This document shows, piece by piece, positions 39,281 to 49,060 of a stretch of DNA of 64,000 nt. The position numbers and the translations under genes were made by a program. Each line of letters begins with the position of its first letter. The first letter of the stretch is position 1. The stretch covers positions 23,109 to 87,108 of the forward strand of contig JAUSEX010000020.1 of the NCBI GenBank assembly GCA_030649895.1, written 5' to 3'. Below the pieces are notes generated by a model. The model was given only the letters and a program-made list of their open reading frames with translations. It was not told the origin of the DNA and searched no databases. The DNA is from Candidatus Omnitrophota bacterium (GTDB lineage: Bacteria; Omnitrophota; Gorgyraeia; Gorgyraeales; Gorgyraeaceae).

Positions 39281-40504
39281 ATGGGAAAACGTTTGATTGT
39301 TCAAAAATATGGCGGCAGTTCTGTAGCGAATACAGACAGGATAAAAAGTGTAGCGAACCGCATCGCAAAATACAAAAAGCAAGGCTATAATGTGGTGGTG
39401 ATAGTTTCCGCTTTAGGCGATACTACCGACGAATTGTTGGAACTTGCGGGACAGATAACGGATAAGCCAAGCGATAGAGAATTAGATATGCTCATATCTA
39501 CTGGCGAACAGGTGTCTGTGGCGCTTCTGGCAATGGCGCTACATAAGATAGGGGTTGATGCAATATCTTTTACAGGCCCTCAGGTAGGCATAATAACGGA
39601 CCGCACTCACACAAAGGCTAAGATCCTGAAGATAAGCGCTGACAGGATCAAGGGGCAGATCAATAAGGGCAGGGTTGTTATAGTGGCGGGCTTTCAGGGT
39701 ATGAACGCTGATCAGGAGATCACTACTCTTGGCAGGGGCGGTTCGGACCTTACCGCTGTCGCTATTGCTACAACGCTAAATGCTGACATGTGCGAGATAT
39801 ATACTGACGTTGAAGGTGTCTATACAGCTGATCCCAGGATCGTAAAAGACGCGAAAAAACTTTCCGTTATCAGTTATGAAGAGATGCTTGAGCTGGCTTC
39901 TCTGGGCGCGCAGGTTATGCAGGCCAGGTCCATGGAGGTCGCGAAAAAATATTCAGTATCGCTGCATATACGGTCAAGTTTTACGAATGAAGAAGGGACG
40001 ATTATTTCAAAGGAGGTTAAGGCGATGGAAGATGTTCTTGTGAGCGGGGTGACTGCAAATAAAGGCGAGGCAAAGGTGACTATCTGCGATGTCCCTGACA
40101 GGCCCGGAATAGCAGCGAAAATATTCACGGATATAGCAAGGCATGATATAAACGTTGATATGATAATTCAGAATATAAGCAGAAAAGGTTACACGGATCT
40201 CTCTTTTACGGTACCCGTGGCTGAGCTTAATAAGGCGAAAGATATGATGTCTAAAATAGTGAGATCCGTGAAGGCGAAAGGCGTGGTGTATAATAATGAG
40301 ATTGCCAAGGTTTCTATAGTCGGCGTAGGCATGAAGACGCATTCCGGGGTCGCGGCGAAGATGTTCGGGGCACTGGCCTCAAAAAAGATAAACATAGACA
40401 TGATTTCAACCTCTGAAATCAAGATATCGTGCGTGATAAATAAAAGATATGCGGATAAAGCGGTGATCGCGCTGCATAAGGCGTTTGGATTGGGGAAGAA
40501 ATAG
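39281..40504 (+). CDS. lysC: Aspartate kinase (monofunctional, two ACT domains)
   Basis: LIVQKYGGSSV...VVVIVSALGDTTDEL and tandem C-terminal ACT domains. The ORF track starts 41 codons earlier in the same frame (39158); I call ATG 39281. Confidence 0.9.
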   Translation: MGKRLIVQKYGGSSVANTDRIKSVANRIAKYKKQGYNVVVIVSALGDTTDELLELAGQITDKPSDRELDMLISTGEQVSVALLAMALHKIGVDAISFTGPQVGIITDRTHTKAKILKISADRIKGQINKGRVVIVAGFQGMNADQEITTLGRGGSDLTAVAIATTLNADMCEIYTDVEGVYTADPRIVKDAKKLSVISYEEMLELASLGAQVMQARSMEVAKKYSVSLHIRSSFTNEEGTIISKEVKAMEDVLVSGVTANKGEAKVTICDVPDRPGIAAKIFTDIARHDINVDMIIQNISRKGYTDLSFTVPVAELNKAKDMMSKIVRSVKAKGVVYNNEIAKVSIVGVGMKTHSGVAAKMFGALASKKINIDMISTSEIKISCVINKRYADKAVIALHKAFGLGKK

Positions 40505-40506
40505 GA

Positions 40507-40600
40507 TTCGCTTCTTGACTTGGCCGATTTGTGGCCTCGCTCGAAGAATAATATTGTTCGAGCGGACACCAATGTTTTGTTTATAAGCCCAGTCGAAAAC
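40507..40600. repeat. REP-like element, copy 6, in the lysC-cimA spacer
   Basis: TTCGCTTCTTGACTTGGCCGATTTGTGGCCTCGCTCGAAGAATAATATTGTTCGAGCGGACACC...GCCCAGTCGAAAAC. Confidence 0.65.
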
Positions 40601-40617
40601 TATTAGAGGAAAATAAG

Positions 40618-42189
40618 ATGCGAGAAATCAAGATTTACGATACTACATTGAGGGATGGGTCGCAGGGAGAAGGCATCTCTTTCTCTGTAATGGACAAGAT
40701 AAAGATCGCTAAGAGATTAGATGATTTCGGGGTTCATTATATAGAAGGAGGATGGCCGGGCTCTAACCCGAAGGATATGGAATTCTTCAGGCAGGCAAAA
40801 AAGCTTAAATTTAAGAATTCCGAGATTGTAGCATTCGGCAGCACTAGGCGCCCAAAGATTAGCCCTCAAGACGACGAAAACCTTCACGCGCTTATAAAGT
40901 CAGGCGCGAGTTCGGTTGCAATTTTTGGCAAGACGTGGGATATGCATGTAATAGACGTCCTCAAGGTTTCTTTGCAGGAAAATCTTAAAATGATCAAGGA
41001 TACCGTAGAATTTCTGAAGTCTAAAAAGCTGTACGTGTTTTACGACGCAGAGCACTTTTTTGACGGGTATCTGAAAAATAAAGATTATAGCCTGGAAACC
41101 CTGCGTTCCGCTGTAAGCGCAGGATGCGATGCAGTGGTTTTGTGCGACACGAACGGCGGGATGCTCACAAACGAATTAGCTGTTATTGTCAGGACGATTT
41201 CCAGCGAATGCCACGATGTCAACCTTGGTATCCACACTCATAATGATGGCGGATTAGCAGTGGCGAATACTATAGTTGCGGTTGAAGCAGGCGCAAATAT
41301 TGTTCAGGGGACTGTAAATGGTTACGGCGAAAGGTGCGGTAATGCAGACCTGTGCGCTATTATTCCAAATCTTCAGCTAAAGCTGGGATATAAATGCGTC
41401 TCTGAATCCAGGCTTAAAGAATTAACCGAGGTGTCCAGGTATGTGAGCGAGATCTCAAACATGAAACCTCAGGATAATCAGCCTTTTACGGGCAGGAGCG
41501 CTTTTGCCCATAAAGGAGGGGTTCATATCAATGCGGTCATGAAAAATCCCGTGTCTTATGAGCATATGGCGCCTGAAAAAATCGGTAACCACAGAAGGAT
41601 CCTGGTTTCTGAATTATCCGGCAAGACCAGTATTATCCTAAGGGCGAAAGAGATGGAGCTGGATCTTACAAAGGATGATCCAAAGACAAAGAAAATATTA
41701 AGGTTGGTCCAATTAATGGAAAACCAGGGCTATCATTTTGAAGCAGCTGACGGGTCTTTTGAGCTCTTGATGAAAAAGGCATTAAAGAAATATAAGCCAT
41801 TTTTTACTCTTGAGGGATTTAAGGTGAGCATTGAAAAAAGAGAGGACGATACTCTCATCTCAGAAGCTATTATAAAGCTTAACGTAAATAAAAAAGAAGA
41901 ACATACTGCGGCTTTGGGCGACGGGCCTGTAAACGCTTTGGATAACGCGTTGCGCAAAGCCCTTGCGAAGTTTTATCCTACGCTTTCCAAGATGCACTTG
42001 TCTGATTTCAAAGTAAGGGTGCTGGATGAAAAGGCAGGCACTGCCGCTAAAGTAAGAGTCCTTATCCAATCCCAGGATGAAAATAGTTCCTGGGGCACTG
42101 TAGGAGTTTCTGAAAATATTATAGAAGCTAGCTGGCAGGCCCTTGTGGATAGCGTGGAATACAAGCTATTAAAAGATAAGGTCAGATAG
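40618..42189 (+). CDS. cimA: (R)-citramalate synthase, CimA-type (LeuA family)
   Basis: IYDTTLRDGSQGEGISFS...IEGGWPGSNPKD, HTHND..G.A.AN, and LeuA-dimer C-terminal domain. The lysC-cimA adjacency recalls Geobacter. Confidence 0.65.
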   Translation: MREIKIYDTTLRDGSQGEGISFSVMDKIKIAKRLDDFGVHYIEGGWPGSNPKDMEFFRQAKKLKFKNSEIVAFGSTRRPKISPQDDENLHALIKSGASSVAIFGKTWDMHVIDVLKVSLQENLKMIKDTVEFLKSKKLYVFYDAEHFFDGYLKNKDYSLETLRSAVSAGCDAVVLCDTNGGMLTNELAVIVRTISSECHDVNLGIHTHNDGGLAVANTIVAVEAGANIVQGTVNGYGERCGNADLCAIIPNLQLKLGYKCVSESRLKELTEVSRYVSEISNMKPQDNQPFTGRSAFAHKGGVHINAVMKNPVSYEHMAPEKIGNHRRILVSELSGKTSIILRAKEMELDLTKDDPKTKKILRLVQLMENQGYHFEAADGSFELLMKKALKKYKPFFTLEGFKVSIEKREDDTLISEAIIKLNVNKKEEHTAALGDGPVNALDNALRKALAKFYPTLSKMHLSDFKVRVLDEKAGTAAKVRVLIQSQDENSSWGTVGVSENIIEASWQALVDSVEYKLLKDKVR

Positions 42190-42196
42190 TCTCTCC

Positions 42197-44971
42197 ATGA
42201 AAGACATACCTCCAAGATATAATCCAAAAGATTACGAAGAATCCATTTATTCTAAATGGGAAAAGAGCGGTTTTTTTCATCAGGAGCCCGACCTTTCGAA
42301 AAAACCTTTTACGATAGTGATTCCTCCTCCCAATGTTACGGGTATTCTTCATATGGGGCACGCGTTAAATAATACAATACAGGATATCCTGGTAAGATGG
42401 AAGAGGATGCAGGGGTTTGCAAGTCTCTGGGTGCCTGGCACTGACCACGCAGGCATAGCCACCCAAAACGTAGTGGAGAAGAGCCTGGCCAGGAAAGGCG
42501 TAACAAGGCAATTGTTAGGCAGAGAAAAGTTCGTAGACGAGGTCTGGAAATGGCGGGAGCAGTATGGCGATACCATTATAATGCAGCTTAAAAGGCTGGG
42601 CGCGTCATGCGATTGGGAAAGAACCCGCTTTACTATGGATAAAGGCCTTTCGGAAGCCGTGCTTGAAGCGTTTGTCCGGCTTTACAATAAAGGGTTGATT
42701 TACAGGGGAAATTATATAATCAACTGGTGCCCCAGATGCCAGACAGCCCTTTCTGATGAAGAAGCGCCGCATCAGGACGTGGAAGGGAAACTGTATTACA
42801 TATTGTATCCATTCAAGGAGGCTCAAGGCGATACCCTTCAGCCTTCAGCCTTCAGCCTTCAGCCCGGTATAGTTGTGGCGACTACAAGGCCCGAGACCAT
42901 GCTTGGCGATGTGGCTGTGGCAGTAAACCCGAAAGACAGGAGATATAAAAAACTGATAGGCGCAAAACTTATGCTGCCTATCGTGGAAAAAGAAATAGAA
43001 ATTATTGCGGATGATTTTGTGGATAAAAAATTTGGCACAGGCGCTGTAAAGGTTACGCCTGCGCACGATCCCAATGATTTTGAAATGGCAAAGCGGCACG
43101 GGCTTGAACCTGTCAGGATTATGAGGCCCGATGGAAAAATGAATGAAAACGCCTCTAGGTTTAACGGAATGGACAGGTTTGAGGCGAGAAAATTAATAGT
43201 AGCTGAACTTGAAGAAAAGAAGCTGTTAATAAAAATAGAAAAGCATGATCACGCAGTAGGGCATTGTTACAGGTGCAACACCGTGATAGAGCCGTATCTG
43301 TCTTTGCAATGGTTTGTTAAGATGAAGCCATTGGCGGAACCTGCGATAGAGGCCGTAAAAAGCGGAAAGATTAAATTTTATCCAAAGAGATGGACAAAGG
43401 TTTATCTTAACTGGATGGAGAATATAAGGGACTGGTGCGTTTCAAGGCAGATATGGTGGGGGCACCGTTTGCCTGTTTACTATTGCATGGATTGCGCGAA
43501 ACAGGCAAGTGAACTCAAGGCTGATAGAGATTCTCTTGAGCCCGCAGCCTGCAGCCTGCAGCCAAATATCGGCGTTATAGTATCTAAGGTTAAACCCGAT
43601 AAATGTCCTGTCTGCGGCGGAATAGATCTGAGGCAGGATGAAGATGTGCTGGATACGTGGTTTTCGTCCTGGCTCTGGCCGTTCTCAACGCTTGGGTGGC
43701 CTGAAGAAACAAAAGACCTGGAATATTTTTATCCGACATCCGCGCTGGTGACAGCGCCTGAGATATTATTTTTTTGGGTAGCCAGAATGATAATGTCCGG
43801 AATAGAATTTAAAAAAGATATACCTTTCAGCGATGTTTATATTCATGGAACAGTGAGAGATGCGGCAGGAAAGAAAATGTCCAAATCTCTGGGGAACATA
43901 ATAGACCCGCTGGAAATAATAGACGGATTTAGCGCAGATGCTTTAAGATTCAGCATTATATCTATAACATCTGCCGGGCAGGATGTATTTTTATCTAAAG
44001 AAAAATTCGAGATAGGCAGAAATTTTGCAAATAAGATATGGAATGCGTCGCGGTTCGTGCTGATGAACGTTGCGGCGGATGACTTCTCGACTCGGCCTGC
44101 GGCCTCGCTTGGAGAATATAGCGCCCCAGGGACGAGTCTGGAGCTATCCATCGCTGATAAGTGGATTTTAAGCAGATTAAGCAGGACAATAGACGCGACG
44201 ACAAAGGCGTTGAAGATTTACAGGTTTAATGAAGCAGAGGGCCTGGTTTATGATTTTTTCTGGCACGATTTTTGCGACTGGTATGTGGAGATGGTTAAGC
44301 CGCAGATTATGACTCAGGGCTCCGGACCAGAGGACGGGGGAGCGAAAGATGTTTTGATACATGTGCTGGAGGATTCGCTGAAGTTGCTACATCCTTTTAT
44401 GCCGTTCGTGACAGAAGCTATCTGGCAGAATATCAAGGAAAGAGAAAGTATAATGGTTTCAAAATGGCCTGAGCCTGAAAAGCGCTACGTAAATAAACAG
44501 ATAGAATCCGATATAGAGGTGATGAAGGAGGCTATTGTGAATATCAGGAATATACGTTCCGATATGAACATACCCTATTCAAAAAAGCTTACAGTGAATA
44601 TTGTCCCGTTGAAGCCTGGGGTTGAAGCTATCCTGTCTGGCAGCGTGAAATATATCAAGAGTTTGGCGCAGCTTGAGAATCTGATAATAGACGCTAAACT
44701 GAAGAAACCAAAAAGTTCCCTGAGCGCAGTTACTGAGAATTTCAATATGTTTGTACCTCTGGAGGGCGTTATAGATATAGAAGCAGAAAAGGCCAGGCTT
44801 TTTAAGAAGCAAGACGCGTTAAAACAGCAGCTTTTATTGACTGGAAAAAGGCTTAAAGATAAGAATTTCATGGGCAATGCGCCTGATAATGTAATAAACG
44901 CGGAGCAGGAGAAGGCTGAAAAAATCAAAGAGCAGATAGGCAGGCTGGGGAAAACAATCAAGGATTTATGA
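42197..44971 (+). CDS. valS: Valine--tRNA ligase
   Basis: PPPNVTGILHMGHA, ATTRPETMLGD, KMSKSLGN, and C-terminal coiled coil. Contains two in-frame heptamer-repeat segments (42834-42861 and 43544-43563). Confidence 0.97.
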   Translation: MKDIPPRYNPKDYEESIYSKWEKSGFFHQEPDLSKKPFTIVIPPPNVTGILHMGHALNNTIQDILVRWKRMQGFASLWVPGTDHAGIATQNVVEKSLARKGVTRQLLGREKFVDEVWKWREQYGDTIIMQLKRLGASCDWERTRFTMDKGLSEAVLEAFVRLYNKGLIYRGNYIINWCPRCQTALSDEEAPHQDVEGKLYYILYPFKEAQGDTLQPSAFSLQPGIVVATTRPETMLGDVAVAVNPKDRRYKKLIGAKLMLPIVEKEIEIIADDFVDKKFGTGAVKVTPAHDPNDFEMAKRHGLEPVRIMRPDGKMNENASRFNGMDRFEARKLIVAELEEKKLLIKIEKHDHAVGHCYRCNTVIEPYLSLQWFVKMKPLAEPAIEAVKSGKIKFYPKRWTKVYLNWMENIRDWCVSRQIWWGHRLPVYYCMDCAKQASELKADRDSLEPAACSLQPNIGVIVSKVKPDKCPVCGGIDLRQDEDVLDTWFSSWLWPFSTLGWPEETKDLEYFYPTSALVTAPEILFFWVARMIMSGIEFKKDIPFSDVYIHGTVRDAAGKKMSKSLGNIIDPLEIIDGFSADALRFSIISITSAGQDVFLSKEKFEIGRNFANKIWNASRFVLMNVAADDFSTRPAASLGEYSAPGTSLELSIADKWILSRLSRTIDATTKALKIYRFNEAEGLVYDFFWHDFCDWYVEMVKPQIMTQGSGPEDGGAKDVLIHVLEDSLKLLHPFMPFVTEAIWQNIKERESIMVSKWPEPEKRYVNKQIESDIEVMKEAIVNIRNIRSDMNIPYSKKLTVNIVPLKPGVEAILSGSVKYIKSLAQLENLIIDAKLKKPKSSLSAVTENFNMFVPLEGVIDIEAEKARLFKKQDALKQQLLLTGKRLKDKNFMGNAPDNVINAEQEKAEKIKEQIGRLGKTIKDL
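42834..42861. repeat. Heptanucleotide tandem repeat (CCTTCAG-type, x4, one imperfect) inside valS. It is the reverse complement of CTGAAGG.
   Basis: CCCTTCA GCCTTCA GCCTTCA GCCTTCA read directly. Preceded by GGCTCAAGG. Confidence 0.9.
43544..43563. repeat. Heptanucleotide tandem repeat (GCAGCCT, about x3) inside valS, preceded by CTCAAGGCTGA
   Basis: CCCGCAGCCT GCAGCCT GCAGCC read directly. Confidence 0.85.
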
Positions 44972-45852
44972 AGCTAACAAAAGAAAAAATATTTCCGATA
45001 ATCATAAGCGCCCTGAAAGAAGATATCGGTTCGGGCGATATTACGAGTTCTGTTGTGTTTGAAAAAGACGTCAGCTTATTAGCGCATATTGTGGCGCAAG
45101 AAAGGTGCGTTTTAGCCGGCATAGATGTTGCCAGATGGACCTTTGACGCAGTGGATGAAAAAATAGCGTTTACAGCTTTATGCAAAGACGGGGACAACGT
45201 TAAAAAAGGCAAAAGGATTATATCGGTAAAAGGTTCCGCCAGGAGCGTATTGACAGCCGAGAGGACGGTTTTAAATTTTCTCAGTCACCTGTCCGGCGTG
45301 GCTACGATTACAAATATATTCGCAAGAGAAGTCAAAGGCACGGATGCAGAAATATATGACACAAGAAAAACTACCCCTGGGCTCAGGGAACTGGAGAAGT
45401 ATGCCGTTGCAATCGGCGGCGGATTTAGTTACAGGATTGGATTATGGGATGGGATTATGATAAAGGATAATCACTTGTCGGGCTTAAGGCTCAAGGCTTC
45501 CCTCGACTTCGCCCGGGACAGGCAAGGCTCGAAGGTAAAAGCCATAAAGGCGGCTGTAGAAGCATTTAAAAATAAAGGATATAAGAATATAGAGGTTGAG
45601 GTAGAAACGTTAGCAGAATTTCAAGAAGCCCTGGAAGCAGGCGCGGATATTATAATGCTGGATAATATGGAGCCGGAAGATATAAAAAAGGCCGAAAAAC
45701 TCAGAAAGGGCTCAAATGTAATTTTAGAAGCTTCCGGCGGAATCAGCACGGAGAACATAAAAAAGATCGCTAAAACAGGGGTAGATAGAATTTCCATAGG
45801 CAGGATTACCCACTCAGCTCCTTCGATAGATTTTTCATTAGAAATAGCATAG
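44968..45852 (+). CDS. nadC: Nicotinate-nucleotide (quinolinate) pyrophosphorylase
   Basis: QRPRT type II motifs: TRKTTPGLR, MIKDNH, LDNM. Carries an in-frame 45-54-nt GC-rich element after IKDNH (45481-45534). Confidence 0.9.
   Translation: MKLTKEKIFPIIISALKEDIGSGDITSSVVFEKDVSLLAHIVAQERCVLAGIDVARWTFDAVDEKIAFTALCKDGDNVKKGKRIISVKGSARSVLTAERTVLNFLSHLSGVATITNIFAREVKGTDAEIYDTRKTTPGLRELEKYAVAIGGGFSYRIGLWDGIMIKDNHLSGLRLKASLDFARDRQGSKVKAIKAAVEAFKNKGYKNIEVEVETLAEFQEALEAGADIIMLDNMEPEDIKKAEKLRKGSNVILEASGGISTENIKKIAKTGVDRISIGRITHSAPSIDFSLEIA
45481..45534. repeat. Same mosaic element, in frame in nadC
   Basis: GGCTTAAGGCTCAAGGCTTCCCTCGACTTCGCCCGGGACAGGCAAGGCTCGAAGG. Inserted between the conserved NadC motifs IKDNH and GS..KA. 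Confidence 0.75.
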
Positions 45853-45997
45853 TAATCGCGAAACTATACGGAAGCGGTTGTCCGTTATGTTTGTAACTGA
45901 CGCGGGAAAACGCGGAAATCCAAGTTTAATTTCAGCGTAATCCCGCGTTGCGTCCTGCGTATTTCTGCGATCAACAAAGGTAGCAAGGTATAGGATT

Positions 45998-48013
45998 ATG
46001 TCCAAATTTGAATTAATCAGTTCATTTAAGCCGTGCGGGGATCAGCAGCAGGCTATAGATAAGCTTATTGACGGTCTGCAAAAACGCCTGAAGCGTCAGA
46101 CGCTTCTTGGGGTCACGGGCAGCGGCAAGACGTTTACTATGGCTAACGTGGTGGCTAATATTCAGAAGCCAACGCTTGTGATCTCGCATAATAAAACTCT
46201 GGCTGCTCAGTTATACAGCGAATTCAAAGAGTTTTTTCCTCATAATGCCGTAGAATATTTTGTCAGCTACTATGATTATTACCAGCCGGAGGCGTATGTG
46301 CCGCAAGCGGATATTTATATAGAAAAAGATGCTTCTATAAATGACAATATAGACAGGCTCAGGCTTTCCGCCACCAGTTCCCTGATGTCGAGGACAGATG
46401 TTATTATAGTTGCGAGCGTTTCGTGCATTTACGGCCTTGGTTCTCCCGGGGATTACGAGGATTTATTGTTATTTTTAAAAAAAGGAGATATTATAAAAAG
46501 AAACGACCTGTTATTCAGGCTTGTAAATATACATTACGCCAGGAATGACATTGATTTTAAGAGAGGTTGTTTCAGGGTCAGGGGAGATACAATAGATATC
46601 TTTCCTGCGTATAAAGAGACCTTTTTCAGGATAATTTTTTTCGGGGATGAGGTAGAAAAGATTTCTGAATTAGATCCTGTCGGCGGAAACACCATGGCAG
46701 ATTTTATCGAAAAGATAGCCGTATATCCCGCCAAACATTTTGTTATCACCCAGGACAGGATAAACTTAGCTATACAATCAATAGAAGCGGAGCTTGGAGA
46801 GAGGCTTAAAGAATTAAGATCTCAGAATAAGTTGCTGGAGGCCCAGAGGCTTGAGTCCAGGACTCATTATGACATTGAGATGCTTCAGGAGGTGGGGTTT
46901 TGTAACGGCATCGAAAACTATTCCAGGCATTTGAGCGCCAGGGCTTCCGGCTCGAGGCCTTACTGTCTTTTGGATTATTTTCCAAAAGATTTTCTGACGA
47001 TAATAGACGAATCGCATGTTACCGTGCCGCAAATAAGGGGCATGTATAATGGAGACCGCGGCCGCAAACAGACCCTGGTTGATTATGGATTCAGGCTTCC
47101 GTCAGCCCTGGATAACAGGCCTTTAAATTTTGAAGAATTTTTAGGTATTGTCAAGGATATGATATTCGCTTCGGCTACGCCGTCGGAATATGAGCTGCAA
47201 AATTCAAACAAGATAGTCGAGCAGGTTATAAGGCCGACGGGATTATTAGACCCCGAAATAATCGTTAAGCCTACTGAAAATCAGATACAGGACCTTGTTG
47301 AAAATATAAAAGAAAGGGTTGCTAAAAAACAGAGGGTCCTGGTGACTACGTTGACAAAGAGGATGTCAGAAGATCTTGCCGGATATTTGAAAGAATTGGG
47401 CTTGAGCGTGCAGTATATACACTCGGAATTAGATACTATTGAGAGGGCGGAGATATTAAGGGATTTAAGGATGCGGAAGTTTGACTGCCTGGTGGGTATA
47501 AATTTATTAAGGGAAGGCCTGGATCTGCCGGAGGTATCTTTGGTGGCTATCCTGGATGCAGATAAAGAAGGTTTCTTGAGGTCAGAGACAGCTTTAATGC
47601 AGGTGGCGGGCAGGGCAGCCAGGAACATAGATGGCTATGTCATAATGTACGCTGATACTGTGACAAATTCAATGAGAAAGGCGATTGACGAGACGGATAG
47701 AAGAAGAAAAAAACAGGCGGAGTTTAATAAGGCGAATAATATTACGCCAAGATCCATCGAAAAGGCTATTAAGGACGGGATAGAATCGTTCAAGAAGGCA
47801 GAAGAGATCGTTATTGAGGCGGCCGGACAGAGCGAAGAAGAGTACGAAAAAGAAATGCTTATCGTTGAGCTTGAGAGAGAGATGGAGCTTTACGCTAGAA
47901 ATTTACAGTTCGAACGCGCAGCAAAATTAAGAGATAAAATAAAAGCATTAAAAGATAGGGACGGTTCTGAAGCTAATCGGAGAAGTGTCCCTGAAAAAAG
48001 GGGACAGGTTTAG
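45998..48013 (+). CDS. uvrB: Excinuclease ABC subunit B
   Basis: GDQQQAI..L..G......[14 protein letters not shown], helicase motifs, C-terminal UvrB/UvrC interaction domain ([25 protein letters not shown]). Confidence 0.97.
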   Translation: MSKFELISSFKPCGDQQQAIDKLIDGLQKRLKRQTLLGVTGSGKTFTMANVVANIQKPTLVISHNKTLAAQLYSEFKEFFPHNAVEYFVSYYDYYQPEAYVPQADIYIEKDASINDNIDRLRLSATSSLMSRTDVIIVASVSCIYGLGSPGDYEDLLLFLKKGDIIKRNDLLFRLVNIHYARNDIDFKRGCFRVRGDTIDIFPAYKETFFRIIFFGDEVEKISELDPVGGNTMADFIEKIAVYPAKHFVITQDRINLAIQSIEAELGERLKELRSQNKLLEAQRLESRTHYDIEMLQEVGFCNGIENYSRHLSARASGSRPYCLLDYFPKDFLTIIDESHVTVPQIRGMYNGDRGRKQTLVDYGFRLPSALDNRPLNFEEFLGIVKDMIFASATPSEYELQNSNKIVEQVIRPTGLLDPEIIVKPTENQIQDLVENIKERVAKKQRVLVTTLTKRMSEDLAGYLKELGLSVQYIHSELDTIERAEILRDLRMRKFDCLVGINLLREGLDLPEVSLVAILDADKEGFLRSETALMQVAGRAARNIDGYVIMYADTVTNSMRKAIDETDRRRKKQAEFNKANNITPRSIEKAIKDGIESFKKAEEIVIEAAGQSEEEYEKEMLIVELEREMELYARNLQFERAAKLRDKIKALKDRDGSEANRRSVPEKRGQV

Positions 48014-48054
48014 CTTTAGCTTCAGAACCGTCCCTGGGTACAGGTATTTACTTT

Positions 48055-49017
48055 ATGCTGGATGATAAGATTTTAGAATATTTAAAAAAACATGAGCAGG
48101 GTTATGTTTCTGGAGAAGAATTGAGCTGCGAGCTTGGGGTATCGCGGGCAGCTGTGTGGAAGCATATCGAAAATCTTAGGCAGGAAGGCTATGATATCGA
48201 GGCGTTTCCGCATCTTGGGTACAGGATGATTTCCATACCTGACCGCCTGACAGAAATAGAGTTGAAGTGGAAGTTGGAAACGGATATAATAGCCAGAAAA
48301 ATTTACTCTTACAAAGAAACGTCTTCCACGAATGACGCGGCTTATCATCTGGCTGTTAGCGGGGAGAAGGAGGGTTCTGTTGTTATAGCTGAATCGCAGA
48401 CTGCAGGGAGAGGCAGGATGGGCAGGATTTGGGTTTCGCCAAAATCCAAAGGCGCTTATTTTTCTGTTATATTAAGGCCTGAGATATTGCCGAAAGAAGT
48501 TTCCAGCATTACGCTCTTTTCTGCCCTGAGCGTTGCGAAGACCATCAGAGAAATGGTTAATCTGGCCGCATTTATAAAATGGCCGAACGATGTTTTGATA
48601 AATAATAAAAAGATATGCGGCATATTGACCGAAATGAATGCCGAGACAGATAAAATTAATTTTGTTATAATAGGCATAGGGATTAATATCAATACGAAAG
48701 AAGAGCTTTTACCAAAAGGCGCTACATCTATAATGGAGGCGCAAGGCGCAGGGGTATCAAGGGTTGAGCTTGTAAAAGGTATTTTTAAAAATCTGGACAA
48801 ATATTACAAGCTTTATAATAGCGGCCGCATAGGCGATATAATAAAGGAGTATAAAGAATTTTCAAATTTTTTAGGCACAAGGGTCCAGGTGGCATATCAT
48901 GGCGCCAATTTGGAAGGTTACGCTATTGATGTTGACAAAGACGGGGCGCTTATTTTAAGAATGGATTCGGGCCTTAACGAAAGGGTTCTTGCCGGCGATG
49001 TAACAATGTTGAGATGA
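48055..49017 (+). CDS. birA: Bifunctional biotin--[acetyl-CoA-carboxylase] ligase / bio operon repressor
   Basis: N-terminal HTH, GRGRMGRIW biotin-binding motif, C-terminal SH3-like domain. Confidence 0.9.
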   Translation: MLDDKILEYLKKHEQGYVSGEELSCELGVSRAAVWKHIENLRQEGYDIEAFPHLGYRMISIPDRLTEIELKWKLETDIIARKIYSYKETSSTNDAAYHLAVSGEKEGSVVIAESQTAGRGRMGRIWVSPKSKGAYFSVILRPEILPKEVSSITLFSALSVAKTIREMVNLAAFIKWPNDVLINNKKICGILTEMNAETDKINFVIIGIGININTKEELLPKGATSIMEAQGAGVSRVELVKGIFKNLDKYYKLYNSGRIGDIIKEYKEFSNFLGTRVQVAYHGANLEGYAIDVDKDGALILRMDSGLNERVLAGDVTMLR

Positions 49018-49060
49018 ATAAAACATCCCGCAGGTGGCCTGCGGGGCGGAGGCGGTTAAG

